DNA of 64,000 nt from Naegleria gruberi (taxonomy: Eukaryota), in the NCBI GenBank assembly GCA_000004985.1, contig GG738851.1; one strand, written 5' to 3'. The notes beneath the pieces were generated by a model. The model was given only the letters and a program-made list of their open reading frames with translations. It was not told the origin of the DNA and made no database searches. The position numbers and the translations under genes were made by a program. This document shows positions 1 through 12,590 of the stretch, in pieces. Position 1 is the stretch's first letter. Each line of letters starts with the position of its first letter.

Positions 1-768
1 ATTGAAAAACAGCACAAAGCAATGAAGGATCTATCGAGAGGTGAAACAGAATCCAATGTGATTCAAATTTATGAAATTCAAAGTGTTACAGTTGAAGAGT
101 CCAATACTCATATTTCTGAAATTCTAATGGAAAAATGTGAATATGATTTGGGAAGATATTGCAGAAGATATTTCAAGTCTTGCCTTACAGTGGAAACTCT
201 GAAATCTCTAATTCACATTTTGAATCAAACAGTGAATGGAATACGCATGATTCACAATTCTGGATATTGTCATTTAGATATCAAAGAGGGAAATATCATG
301 TTGAATAGGGAAAAAATTGTCAAGATTATTGATTTTGATTTTTCTATTGCCAAGAATGTGCCAATTTCATCAAAGAGAGGCACCCCACTCTATCTGTCAC
401 CAGAGATGGTCCATATTAAGGAAGTCTCTAAACCTATTGACAAGTCTGATATTTGGAGTTTGGGTGTTGTACTTTTAAATGTTATGAGAGTAATTCAAGG
501 TTTGAAAAAATTTGAGGTTGCATCTATTGCTTCAAAGGATTTACTTGTAGAAGATGATGATTCTATACTCATTTTGGGAAATGCCAAAGATCAACAATCA
601 ATAGATACGATAATCACAAAAGTTTTTGATACTTCTAAACAATCTATAGATTCACAAGTATCAATATTGATGAAAGTATTGGAAAATTTAGCAAGAGGAA
701 TGCTGCAAGTTGATTATGATAAGCGTTATTCTATTGAGGACTTGTGGAGTGCTCTTCTAAAAAATTAA
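1..768 (+). CDS. Protein kinase, C-terminal part; the 5' end lies outside the window
   Basis: The frame is open from base 1. Kinase subdomain motifs are present: HLDIKEGN (catalytic loop), DFDFS (DFG-like) and GTPLYLSPE (APE-like). The stop is at 766-768. Confidence 0.6.
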   Translation: MEKQHKAMKDLSRGETESNVIQIYEIQSVTVEESNTHISEILMEKCEYDLGRYCRRYFKSCLTVETLKSLIHILNQTVNGIRMIHNSGYCHLDIKEGNIMLNREKIVKIIDFDFSIAKNVPISSKRGTPLYLSPEMVHIKEVSKPIDKSDIWSLGVVLLNVMRVIQGLKKFEVASIASKDLLVEDDDSILILGNAKDQQSIDTIITKVFDTSKQSIDSQVSILMKVLENLARGMLQVDYDKRYSIEDLWSALLKN

Positions 769-823
769 TTGGACTCTAGGCCATTAAAAACATGCAGCAA
801 AATGCGGGTTGTCTAACCATCAT

Positions 824-2536
824 TTATTCTCGAGGTGTGACTGGTGTTTGGAATATTGAACAGGAAATCGACTTTTTCATTTCTTCGCATCTGTTGAAAT
901 GATCCTTGACCGCTTTGCTTATTCTTTTCAAGTGGCCAAGTTTGGAAATACCAATCTTTTTGTAATCTTCGGTAGTAAAGTCTTGAATTTGTCCTAGAGT
1001 TTCAAGTTTCTTCTTTTTAAACTTCTTCCAACATTCTTTCATGTCAATCTTGGAAAGCAGTGATTCTATTGAGGAATTTTCTGGGCAGAATGCTTCCGCA
1101 TCATGCTTTTCAATCACTTTCTGTAGGAGCAAGTCTCTGTAATCATCTGTGCGTTTGAATTGAGGGAAAATTTCGTTTTTAAATTGGAGAGAAATGGTAA
1201 TGTAGAGTTGATCAAGACACTCTGAAAATTTTTCATACATTGATTGCGCTGTCTTTTCATTAAATTCTTGTGAAATGAGCTCCTTGTAGAGCTGGGAAAA
1301 TTTATCCCTTATTGTGTGATCAACATTGATGCAATGAGTGCTGTCTATGGAGATGAACTGAATGTGAACGAGTTGGAATTCTTTCATTTTCAAAAATTCA
1401 CAAGATAGACTTGTTGCATTGGTAGCAGAGATAAGATTAGTAACTCTAGGTGATTCAACAGGTGTTCCATCAGTGTTGCTCTCTGTTGGATTGGAACTCT
1501 GTTTGCATTGTGCTGCGTTAATTTTCTTAAAGGTCCTAACTACTTCCAGATAGAGAAGCAATTCTTCATTACATCTCTTCTTCATGAATTCTCTGACCAA
1601 TTTTCTACCATCCATATCATCAATGAGGGTTTCGATATTGTTAAAGTTATTGATTATTTTAGTGGTTTCATCAAAGTCTGAGGTTGAACTCTTTGTCGGC
1701 TCCTCAATCAACTCGTCGAATGCTTGGCTTTCAAGTTCTGGAGCAGAATGACTCTTTGATTTGAGAGAACTGACCGATTTTGATCTTGTGTACTTGCTAC
1801 CAAGGTAGAAATCATCATCAGCAAACGTTGATCCTTTCGAAACAAACAAATCCAGTTTGTTTTTCAAAAGTCCAGTGGCTCCATTACTCAATCGTTTCAA
1901 ACTCTTTGGCGTTGAGAATACACTCGAGAATGTACCATCATTCGTTTCAGTTGGTGATGGAGCAGATCTAATACTTATTCCAGACACGTTAGTCATAAAT
2001 TCTGACTCATTGTCTTGCTCTTTCTTAGGGGAAGATTTTACAAAAATATAATTGACCTCGCTTGTGTCAGTATTCTTCTTTACATTGGTTGTGATAGCTG
2101 GTGATGCTGGAGAGCCACAAGGAGTGCTTCCTTTCGATGAGGGATTTGATCTTAATGCATCTCCAACAATGAGAGCTGCCTGATCTAAATAATTTTCCCA
2201 AGCATCCAAGTTTATAGAAGCTCTTGCAGATAATGATTGGGAATATCGTTTGGAAAATCGTCTTGATCTATCTTGTTCCCTTGTTTGAGTTGACTCTTGA
2301 GGAAGAAAGGTATTATCATTAGTGGAATCTTGACCTGGAGTTGCATTGTCGAAATTCAATGAATTGACACTGTACTGATTATTTACAATATTACTAGTAT
2401 TGCTTTTGTTTTTGATGAATGTTCCAATGGATGAAGCGACAGACTGGTCTGCTTCTGAAAAATTGCTTCTCAGAGGCATGTTAAGAGGTCTTTCGAATAG
2501 GTTGTATGATGACGATTCAGAATAGAACAATGGCAT
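824..2536 (-). CDS. Ser/Thr-rich protein with an RGS-like domain and a C-terminal SAM-like domain
   Basis: A single 570-aa ORF. The segment FMKKRCNEELLLYLEVVRTFKK...EKFSECLDQLYITISLQFKNEIFPQFKRTDDY follows the RGS helix pattern. The C-terminal segment LETLGQIQDFTTEDYKKIGISKLGHLKRI is SAM-like. Confidence 0.45.
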   Translation of the reverse strand: MPLFYSESSSYNLFERPLNMPLRSNFSEADQSVASSIGTFIKNKSNTSNIVNNQYSVNSLNFDNATPGQDSTNDNTFLPQESTQTREQDRSRRFSKRYSQSLSARASINLDAWENYLDQAALIVGDALRSNPSSKGSTPCGSPASPAITTNVKKNTDTSEVNYIFVKSSPKKEQDNESEFMTNVSGISIRSAPSPTETNDGTFSSVFSTPKSLKRLSNGATGLLKNKLDLFVSKGSTFADDDFYLGSKYTRSKSVSSLKSKSHSAPELESQAFDELIEEPTKSSTSDFDETTKIINNFNNIETLIDDMDGRKLVREFMKKRCNEELLLYLEVVRTFKKINAAQCKQSSNPTESNTDGTPVESPRVTNLISATNATSLSCEFLKMKEFQLVHIQFISIDSTHCINVDHTIRDKFSQLYKELISQEFNEKTAQSMYEKFSECLDQLYITISLQFKNEIFPQFKRTDDYRDLLLQKVIEKHDAEAFCPENSSIESLLSKIDMKECWKKFKKKKLETLGQIQDFTTEDYKKIGISKLGHLKRISKAVKDHFNRCEEMKKSISCSIFQTPVTPRE

Positions 2537-3265
2537 ACCTTTTTTTTCAGTATGTTATATTGGTTGAGGATGATTCGAACAAATTTCAACACAATATTGA
2601 CAGTTCAAAGAATCCTCAAGTTGTATGCAGTCAATTCAATCCACAAAAGTTTTTATATTCCCAATACGGAAATTCAATTGCTTCAAAAAACTTGTTATAA
2701 TCTTCACTAATAGACACTCTATTACCAAACAATGAATTCGATATCGTGACTTGACAACCAGTTTAAAACTCTTCAATATACTGACTGTCGTAATTGGGAA
2801 TAAAAGCACGATCGCGATGAACGTAGCAGCAGACAATGCCTCAATACAACGTTGCGCCTTTTTTTTTGATTTGAAAATACTGTAGATGGAAGTATTTTGG
2901 CGGAGATTGGCAATGTAAATACTGAAGATATCAGTGGAAATCAAAATTTTGTTATATGGAAAGAGGAAAGGTTGACTTGGATTGGGAATGGCATATCCGA
3001 AAGGTTGTTGAAAGAGAAATGCATTATTGAGATTTATGGTTGTATACATTCGTTTGTCAATACATTACAATTCGCAAAGATGAACTCTGTCTTGGCTATT
3101 ATTTAATTATGAAAAGCAAGAAGGCAATACTATTTGCATTTCATTGTATTGATTGAATTCAGTTGGTCGGTTATTTAATATAGAGAACTGTTCTACCCTT
3201 AAATCTTTATCTCTTTCATCAAATATGAGTTTATCATCCAATCTTTGCAATTAGATAAATAAAAA

Positions 3266-4339
3266 ATGAGTTGTAATAAGCATAATATTGAGGACAACAC
3301 AAATTCTCCTTCAAATTTAGTTTGGCAATCTATTACAAATACCTGCTCCGATACAGAGAATTTACCATCGGGAGGGGGTATTGCTCATTGTTGTGTCGAT
3401 CATGAGAGAGTGGCTTTTTTCGGAGGGTTGGGATTGAGGCGATATAATGAATTATATATTTTCAATGTCAATACAAATGAATGGAAAAAAGCCTCTCTTG
3501 AAAATGCACCATCAAAGAGGTGTAAAAGTTCAATGTGTTGCTACATAACTGGAAACAAGCATAAATTGATAATATTTGGAGGATGGACGAGTGAGGGAAA
3601 GACAAATGATATGCATGAGTATTGTATTGAGGATGACAAGTGGAAAGAAGTAAAATATGCAAATAATTCAGTTCCTCCTGCAAGAAGTGCTCATCACTGT
3701 GCAATCATTGGAAAACATATGATTATTTATGCAGGAATTGGAGCTAAAAAGTTCGGTGACATGTACAGATTTCATTTGGAAAAGGTATGATTAATTAATA
3801 TTCGATAATCATAACATGTTTGAATTGTGGTTTTAACCAGAGAGAATGGGAAGAAGTAATTCAAGTGAATGCTCCACTGCCAAGAAGTTCCTATGGAGGT
3901 TTAATAGTATTTAACAAGAATCAAAATCTATTGACCTCATGTGGTTTAGGATGTGGAAGATACAATGACACTCTATTATTTGATATTCCATCAAGAACTT
4001 GGAAGCCCTTAACTTATAAAGGAACTATTCCAACAAAGAGAGGTAGACACTCATGTGTTCTTGATGATTCCAACAATTGTGTCTATTTGTGGGGAGGATT
4101 TAGTAAGTTGTTATTATTGCAAAATTATAGTATTAAACTTGGCAGCTGGAACTGAGAGATCCAATGAATGTTTTCGTTTCAATCTCCCAACGTATGAATG
4201 GTCAATGATAAAGCAAACTAACCCTCCAAACAAACGAGAGAACCAATGCCTTTTCATCCTAAACCAAAAACTCTATCTTTATGGTGGCTGGAATGGCTCT
4301 GATTTTTATCATGATATGTTCTGTGCAAATCTAGTATAA
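3266..4339 (+). CDS. Kelch-repeat (galactose-oxidase-like beta-propeller) protein; exons 3266-3784, 3841-4102 and 4146-4339
   Basis: Kelch motifs recur: FGGLG, IIFGGW, LWGGF and LYLYGGWNG, each followed by a conserved W/Y. Donors are aag|gtatga at 3785 and a|gtaagt at 4103. Acceptors end at 3840 and 4145. Frames are consistent across the junctions. Confidence 0.6.
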
Positions 4340-4764
4340 AGATCAAGTCTACAGTTTATTGAATGGATTGTGAAAGTTTGGACTTTTTTTCAAATTTTAT
4401 ACCAAAAGGTTCACAAGACCTTAAAAAACCACAACAAGTACCAATAAGGCTACATAACAGAGTTTCTCTCGAACGTTTTTGGCGCGGTTTTTTTCTTACG
4501 CTTGTTGGTTTTTCTTCTTCAAAAAAGTAACTCGACAGGTGGTGTTCCTTCATCAACGAAAGCCTTAAAGCAAAGTTTCAACTTTTATCACACAACACGG
4601 ATAGGAAGTTCAACATCAAGAATATTGGAAAACCACCATTTTGTTTTCAAAGCTTAGGTGCCTTCCATTGTGAATATTACAAAATAGACTTGTTGTTTTT
4701 ATAGTAATTTTAAACAATTATTATTACCACTTATTTCAACATCATCCGAGCCTAGTAGAACACA

Positions 4765-7700
4765 ATGAACAACTCAGAGAGAAGGAGCATTGAAATGATG
4801 AATTATAATCTTGGCCCTCGTACTGGACCAACGATGCCTCCACCCTCTCCCAATTCTGTCAGAGCATTAAGGAGAGGTTCTCTGGATCCATCTCTAGCAG
4901 GACGACTTCCAAAATCTGCCTCAAGAAACAGTATTCAAGACCCAGAAGCATCACTCTTCGATAAGGATGACAATCAATCCTCCTTGTCGAAAAGCACCAA
5001 GTCAAACCCTTCCGATCCAGTAACAAATTCATCAGTAATGCAAAAATTTGAACATGCCATCTTTACTTTTATTTACTCACTAAGGCCCGAAGTTCCAATG
5101 CATGGAGCCTTATCATTTTTCATTCATATTTTGATTATATTTCAATCTCTTAGTATAGGATCACCGATAGATTTAAATTGGGGATTGTATGGTACTTGGA
5201 TTGTTAGTATAATAGCCATTTGTCGGAGTTATGGATTTCAGTTTATGAATTATGAAGCATTTATTGCCTTAGCAATTATTGTCTTCCTCACGCAAATAGC
5301 AGTATGCATTGTCATTTATATGACATTTAAGGCCCAACAAGTCGGAAGTAGATACTGGGATAAGATCAAAACAGCTGCAAGGGTAATGTTTGCAATAATC
5401 TTTTTCATGGCCATACCAACAACCTATGGTTTAATGTTGGGGTTTTGGGAGTGTGACTATTCCGCAACTGTGCCCTTAAATGAAACTCCCACCTATGTTC
5501 TTGTCAACTTTCCAACAGTAGGATGTTGGTCTGGATTGAATGGCGCATTTGCAGTCTTGTCAGTAATCTTTCTCATTATTCAAACTGTCTTGGTTGCCTG
5601 TTCGATAGCAATCTTTATTAACATTAACATCAAGACAAGGGATTTATTTGTGTTAGACAACCCTTACATTATAATAATCATTATGGCATCTAATCAAATT
5701 TATCTAATTGTTTCCCAAGTCATTCCTGCTTCAATAATTTTCGTTAGACCTATTATTTATTTGGCCTTTGCAGTATTGTTTCTTGCCGTGCTATTTTGGA
5801 TGCAACCTTTCATTCGAAGAGGAACTAATGTTGTTTATGGTGGAGTGGGATTTGCAAGATTAGCTATTGGAGGTGTATCAATCGCCACAGCTCTGGTAAA
5901 TCAAACAAATGAATGGGGACTCGGTCTTGGACTAGTTGGTGCTCTTGTGGGAGGAAGTGCTGTTCTTTTTTCTATTGGTTTAGTGGTGACCGACATTTAC
6001 ACAAGGTACATGCAGCATAAAGGAAGAAAAATTCTTCAAGAATGTGTCCAAAAGAGATCATTTAATACCTTGACAGATTCCGACCATTATTTTGTCAATA
6101 TATTTGTCAGATATGCAATGAAAGGAAAAGAAGCTGATATAGACCTTGCAGATTCATTTACCAAGTTAGCCATGTCACAAAGATTAGAAATTAATGCCAC
6201 AAGTATGATAACTTGCGCATTATTCATCAAGTTTATTCTCACTACTAGTTCAGTAACTCTTGCCTTAACATTGGTACAAAAATCTCAAAAGAAAGGTGAT
6301 AACTTTTTTTTGAGATTCATAATCTTTCTCAGAGTGAGAGAAGTCGAAAAGGCTTCATCAATGGGGAGAAACAATTTTCAATTGGATCACATTATGTCGA
6401 GTGTAAAAAAAAAGTTGGAACTTTCAAGGGAGCTACAAGTTCTCTTTTGGAAAAATGTCACCATGGAACAAACAAATGACGAAAAGCTTTATAACATTGT
6501 CAAAGAAATACAAGAATTGAGTGAAGAATGTTCCATTATTTTCAGCAATTTGCTATCAAATTATGCTACTGATGTGGTATGTTGTTATTTTGTGTGATTT
6601 TTATAAGTGTCTTCAGACTGTACTGCGAGCATATGCTGCCTTCCTTGAAGATTTCCTTTTTGATAACATGGCAGCTGCTGAACTTTTGGAGGAGGCTAGT
6701 ATTATAGAAGAGGAAAACTTTAAAAAGGCTTCTCGAAATTTGGCTAGTAAAAGACCTAGTATCACTGGAAGTATTGGTCCTAAGAGGTCAATTTATGAAT
6801 CTGATCTGAAAATTTCCCTTAGTAGAGGAGGATCACAAGAAGATCTGAATGCTATGAATTTTGAATCTGTTAGTAATGAAGATAGAGAAGGTGCACAACA
6901 AAATGTTTTTAGGAGCGCTGTCAATAAGAAGGAGGAGCACCAATTTCTTTATATTTTCATTGCATCTCTTGGATTTGTTGGAATCACCTTTATAATAGTG
7001 GTGTTAGTATTGGGTTTAGTCATTTCTCAAACCAGCAGCAAGAATATTACTCTCGTTGAGAAATCTTGCTCAATATCTTCGTGTAAGTTTGTGTTTTTAT
7101 TGTAAATTCTAATGATATTAGTACCTTATCTTGTGTTGTCCGATATTAGAAGAATTCAGTCAATGATGAGAACATCATCCAACAAAACATATGATTCCTT
7201 CATGACCAACCATAAAGAAAGATTAACTGAAGCACTTGATAAGCTTGAGGTTGTAGAAACATTCCTTAAGGATTCCATTTTCACTGAAACAATGATGGAA
7301 CACTTTGTCAAGCTCAGCTCAAATATTTTAGTACCAATCATGCAAATTAACTATTCCGAGCCCCTTCTGTACTCTTCCAAGAATGCTTCTGTTGCTGATT
7401 TAGTATCAGTATTTCAGTCAACATCTCAAAAGTACTTCGACCATGGAATAGATCATTACAATGTTACCCGTGACAGTTTTGATTTCCTTCTAATTTGTAA
7501 GTTTTACTGAACTATTGTTTATAACAAACTCAAGGGAATAACCGACTTGATTTTACTCAATCGTTTGAGAAATTTTGCTCTAAATTGATAGCAGATTCTG
7601 AGAGTCAAATTTATTCCTTCAGAATTGTCTTCATTGTTGTTATATCTTCATTGGCTTTTGTTTTTGCGTTATATGTAGTTGTGTATATTATTGTAATTGT

Positions 7701-10282
7701 TAGGCATTCAACTATTCTTGACAAGACATTGAATATTTTCAAAAAGATTCCAAAAGAAGAGAGTTTGAAAGCAATCCATAAACTTGAAACCAACAGCAAT
7801 AAGATTATAACCCCTAAAGAACATTTTGTCACTCCAAAGAAGGTCATGTTAGTAATGGTAGTTTTGAGTTTATTTTTAACCTGTTTAGGAGCTGCTTTGA
7901 TTGTGTATGAAAGTGTATCCTTTATTGAGGATGGTATGTTTGTTATGCAGAAAGTCAAGACAGGAAATACCTTCCTGCAAACCCTACAAAGAACAAAGTT
8001 CAAGATCTTGGAATTACTGATGACTGATTACGCAGAACTTGGAGTCTCTAGGGATCAATTTCATGGTGAAATTAAGCAACATATATCTGATTTGTTTGTT
8101 TCATGGAATTCCTTCAGATATGGTGATGAATCTAATGGGTTTCATCCAATTACTGGTCTTTTAACAGAAGTGGATAAATCAGTTTCAGAACAAAAGAATT
8201 GTACAGCAAACGATTTTGCTTGTTATTCGCTTGATGATTTGGTTTTAATATTCCAAAATGCAGAAAAAGTTAACGACAACATTTATCAACAGATTTACTC
8301 CATACAATCTCTTTTGGATCAGTATTCTGTTATTTTCAATGCAGCAATAGCTACAGATTCAAAGACAGACGGTGTTATTGCGAGCTATGTCAGCTATTTC
8401 ACAACCAAAACGAATATTTTAACTTCTGTTTTCGCTCCCGTATCCTCCATTCTGCTACTATTCTTTGTTTACATCATTTACAGTGCGATGAACGGATTTT
8501 CAAACGAAGTGCATCAAATCAGAACAATGCTCAATCACTTACCCTGGGAAATTCTCGATTCCAACTCTGTTTTACATGCCTATGTCATTAATTATTCACT
8601 CTCCGTTGGAAACGATAGAGACTCAAAGAAATCTAATGATAATGCCTCAAAAGAAAAAGCTATTCTTGAGGCAGCTGTAGAGGGAGCAGTCATTTGTTCA
8701 ACTTATGGTAATATTAATATTTTCAACGAGTCTGCACAAAGAATGTTTGGCTACAGAGCAGATGAGGTCATTGGTACTCAGCTCTCTGATCTTTTCTCAT
8801 CAGAAACTAGATCAAAGGTTGACTCTGTAGTTTCTAATGCAATTTCATCAACCTCTTCCAAGGGTGAGACCATTCCTCTTATTGGACTTAGAAAAAACAA
8901 GACACAATTCGCAGCAGTGATTAATATTTCAGTAGCCATTCTTGGTGATGACAAGAAGGTCATCACTTGTTTTATTAAGGATCAAACAAATGAAAAAAAG
9001 AGAGATATTGAACTCGCTGAAGAAAAGAAAAAGTCTGAAGCTCTTTTACTAAATATTTTACCAGAAAGTGTCGCTCATCGTTTACAGTCGGGTGAAACGT
9101 TCATTGCAGACAAGATTGAGGATTGCACTTGCTTGTTTAGTGACATTGTTGATTTCAATCTCGTAGCTGCTCAAATGAGTGCCACCGATGTGGTTCAAAT
9201 GTTGAACATGATTATCAATGGTTATGATTCCCTTATTCCAAGATATAATTTGGAAAAGATTAAAACTATTGGTGAAAAATATTTTTGTGTTGGTGGCCTT
9301 CCAACCCATGGTCAACCATCAACTGACCATGTTGAAGAGGTACTTGGCTTTGCCATGGACATTTTCAGCATTATGCACCACTACAATATGGAATTTGGAA
9401 GAAAGTTGAATGTAAAAGTTGGTATTCATTCTGGAGGTTTAGTTGCAGGTGTAATTGGCACACTCAAATTCGCGTATGATGTAAGTTGTTATTGTGTCTG
9501 TAATTGTTCTTAATGAAATTAAGGTTTGGGGAGATGTTATCAATGTTGCAAGTAGAATGGAGTCCACTTGCCATCCAGGAAGAATTCAAGTAACCAAGGA
9601 GACATTTTCAAGACTCAATCATAAATATGAATTCGAGGAAAGGCGAGATGTTTTTGCTAAAGGTAAAGGATTGATGACAACATATCTTCTCAACAAGATT
9701 TATCACCAAGATCCGCTTTCTCTTGAAGTTACTATTGATAGATCAGATATTGAAATGGCTGTAAATCAAGCAAATCAAGGAGGTCCTAAGTTCACTGATT
9801 TGATTTCGAACGCAAGTCAAGATATTCATTCAGAGACTGACTCTCACCCTCAACAGGAAATGGCAATAGAAGATGGGCGTTTAGCTGTTGCACCAATTGC
9901 AGGCTCAAGAAGAGTAAGATCCCAAAGTGTTAACAGCAATTACAGTAATTTTAGTTATAACAGTGTTAGTGAACAAAACAATGACAGTCTCAGACCACCA
10001 ACTTTGCTTACTGGTTCACCAAACCAAGCTTCTCCTCAATCTACGTTAATGTCCTCACCAAGAATAGATGTTTTACGTTTCAAAAACAATCCTAATAGAT
10101 ACAGTGTCAGTGCTTCGATCACTAGTTTCTTCAGTAACCAGGCAGCTCTCGATCCAGCGGTGCAACATCACGACCAGTTGGAAACTGCAAGTCATCACTC
10201 AATCCACTCACATCACTCTCACTTCTCTCCTCGAAGGAAACTGTTACCAGTCCCTGAACATGATGAAATATGTGAGCATTAA
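4765..10282 (+). CDS. Large polytopic membrane protein with a PAS domain and a class III nucleotidyl (adenylyl-type) cyclase catalytic domain; exons 4765-6576, 6617-7082, 7122-7496, 7535-9480 and 9524-10282
   Basis: Five ORF-track segments join in frame through GTATGT/GTAAGT donors and AG acceptors, and none carries a stop before its donor. The N-terminal region holds about 10 hydrophobic helices. Two more TM helices start the 7585 exon. A PAS-like segment reads AILEAAVEGAVICSTYGNINIFNESAQRMFGYRADEVIGTQLSDLF. Cyclase motifs are FSDIVDFN, KIKTIGEKYF, GIHSGGLVAGVIG and YDVWGDVINVASRMES. Confidence 0.6.
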
Positions 10283-10481
10283 GATATAAAATCTCCGATT
10301 TTTCAGCATTGCTCTATAATTTATTGTCTGAAACTCTCCACTATTCTCTCAGAATCGTTTCACCAGTTTCCCTCCTTTTTTCAATCTTAAAAACGTTAAC
10401 TCATCACGGAGTCGCCCTTATGGATATCCAGAAAATTTCAAAGAAGGATGTGAAATCTTGTAAAAATTTCATTTAAAAAAA

Positions 10482-12503
10482 ATGCTGTACAACCAACCAG
10501 TTATTCTTCACTTGATTGACCTTTATATTCCTCCGCTAAATATCGAGCACGATCATCATCAGATGGTCGGAAATTATCATCAACATGTTGAGGAAAATTT
10601 AGAAAGATCATCCAGCCTCTTCTTACTCCTTCAAAAACGAATGCACAACAAACAAGAAAAACGAACAAAATTTCTGAATAGTTATCTTGATGTTTACTAC
10701 TCGGTAGAATTTCAACCGTGTGCCATTCTAGAGGAAATCGAGGATAGGAGAATTACTAGCGATAGAGAATTGATGATGCGAGCAGTGAAAGCAGACGGAC
10801 TTGCTCTTCAATACTACACTGGAACATTTCAGTGCAATAGTTGTGAGAGTGTTGTGGATGATGAATTGGTGGCAGAAGCTGTAAAATCCAATGGAATGTC
10901 GATTCGGTTTATGTTGGCAGATGACCCACAACGTTTAATTTCAAAAGAAATTTTGAGAAAGGCCATAGAGGAGGATGGTTTGATAGCTTCGTTTGGTAAT
11001 GTTTGGTCTTCTCTTTCAGATGAAGAAAAAATCTTGGCTGCTTCCACTAATGGAAATATATTGGTTTCTGACCAACTTTATGGAATACTTGCTCCAAAAC
11101 AAGTTGCCACAGTTGGTCTGATTGACTCTCCTTATGATTTCTGTAGAGAATTTCAGACAGAAGATAAGGAAGTTATTGAGTATGTGATTAAATGCTATGG
11201 AGCTGCCCTTGAAGAAATTGATGATGAGTTACTTTGTGAACCTTTATCATTGGATGTTTTGAAAGAGGGATTTTCACAATATCCAGAAGCTCTACCACAT
11301 TTATTTTGGAACCTGAGAAGGAGTATGGATGAAATATTTGAGATTGTAAGGGAAGGATTGAAGAGCTATAACGATGTGCTTGATGAGGACATTGGACAAG
11401 GATTTTTCACAAAAGAACAATTCACTGAATTGTTGAAATATTCTGGTTATATTATTTATGATTACTTTTATACGACTGATAGGGAAATGGCACTAGTTGC
11501 TGTCACAAATTGTGGAGAAGTTTTAGGTGTACTACCTGAATTTGCTAACGACAAGGAAATAGTTTTGGCTGCTGTTCAACAAGATGCCTACTCGATATTA
11601 TATGGAACAGAGGCATTGATTTATAATAGAGACTTTATTTTGGAGTGTGTGAAAATAAGTGGTGAGGTTTTGGATTATATAGATATGGATTTCGATGAGG
11701 ATTATGAAATTATTCTTGAAGCTGTACAGAATTATGGAGATGCAATAGGAATTACATCCCAAGAGTTGAGAAGGAATAAGGAGATTATCACTGCTGCCCT
11801 TTCAAATAATGGATTATCATTAGGTTATCTGGATGAAGATTTACAAGATGACAAATCAATAGTATTACTTGCTGTTTCTAATAATGGTCTTGCTCTCGAA
11901 TACGCCTCGGATAGGCTACAGAATGATAAGGAAGTTGTAATGGTTGCTGTTTCAAATATGCCAATCTCTTTGCAGTATGCTAGTGAAGCTCTTCGCTCTG
12001 ACATGGAGGTTATTCTTCGTGTTGTGAGTTTGGATTATCATGCTCTGGAACTTGCTTCAGAACAAGCAAGAAACAATAGAGATATCGTTATGGAATGTGT
12101 AAAGATATGTGGTCTTTGCCTTTTGAATGCCTCAGATGAACTGAAAAATGATAGAGAAATTGTTTTGCAAGCTGTGTCGCAAAATGGATTAGCTCTCAAA
12201 TATGCCACTACACTCGATGAAGAAATAGCAATTACAGCTTTACAAAACAATTCCACAGTTTTTAACAAGCTGCCCAATCATTTAAAAAGAATAAGGAAAA
12301 TTGCTAAATTAGCTAAGGATGAATCTGACACGTATTGGGAGGCTTGGATTGATTACTGGGGAAAGAGAAGTGAAGTATTCGATATAGAGAGACCTAAGAG
12401 AAAAAGACTAATTTATGGAGATTGTGAGGAAGAAGACAATGAAGAAGAGAATGATATTCAAGACATAGAAGAAAGAGAAAGGAAAAAGTTAAAAGATGAA
12501 TAA
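10482..12503 (+). CDS. DUF4116-like tandem-repeat protein with an acidic/basic C-terminal tail
   Basis: A single 673-aa ORF. A roughly 30-aa unit recurs, for example NKEIITAALSNNGLSLGYLDEDLQDDKSIVLLAVSNNGLALEYASDRLQNDKEVVMVAVS. The repeat consensus is D.E.VL.AV..NG.AL.YAS..L..DK. Confidence 0.5.
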   Translation: MLYNQPVILHLIDLYIPPLNIEHDHHQMVGNYHQHVEENLERSSSLFLLLQKRMHNKQEKRTKFLNSYLDVYYSVEFQPCAILEEIEDRRITSDRELMMRAVKADGLALQYYTGTFQCNSCESVVDDELVAEAVKSNGMSIRFMLADDPQRLISKEILRKAIEEDGLIASFGNVWSSLSDEEKILAASTNGNILVSDQLYGILAPKQVATVGLIDSPYDFCREFQTEDKEVIEYVIKCYGAALEEIDDELLCEPLSLDVLKEGFSQYPEALPHLFWNLRRSMDEIFEIVREGLKSYNDVLDEDIGQGFFTKEQFTELLKYSGYIIYDYFYTTDREMALVAVTNCGEVLGVLPEFANDKEIVLAAVQQDAYSILYGTEALIYNRDFILECVKISGEVLDYIDMDFDEDYEIILEAVQNYGDAIGITSQELRRNKEIITAALSNNGLSLGYLDEDLQDDKSIVLLAVSNNGLALEYASDRLQNDKEVVMVAVSNMPISLQYASEALRSDMEVILRVVSLDYHALELASEQARNNRDIVMECVKICGLCLLNASDELKNDREIVLQAVSQNGLALKYATTLDEEIAITALQNNSTVFNKLPNHLKRIRKIAKLAKDESDTYWEAWIDYWGKRSEVFDIERPKRKRLIYGDCEEEDNEEENDIQDIEERERKKLKDE

Positions 12504-12590
12504 ATTCATTTTGTAAACAATAAAAATTATTGCTGAATTATAAAATAATTTACAAAAATTAATAGAAATTAAATATTTAATAATACCAAT

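Noticed and set aside
2636-3106. ORFs 2636-3049 (minus) and 2897-3106 (plus)
   Set aside because: They are low-complexity AT-rich translations in an intergenic region. They have no motif and no splice support.
4356-4556. 66-aa minus-strand ORF between the Kelch gene and the cyclase gene
   Set aside because: It is basic and low-complexity, lies in a 5' intergenic or UTR region and has no support.
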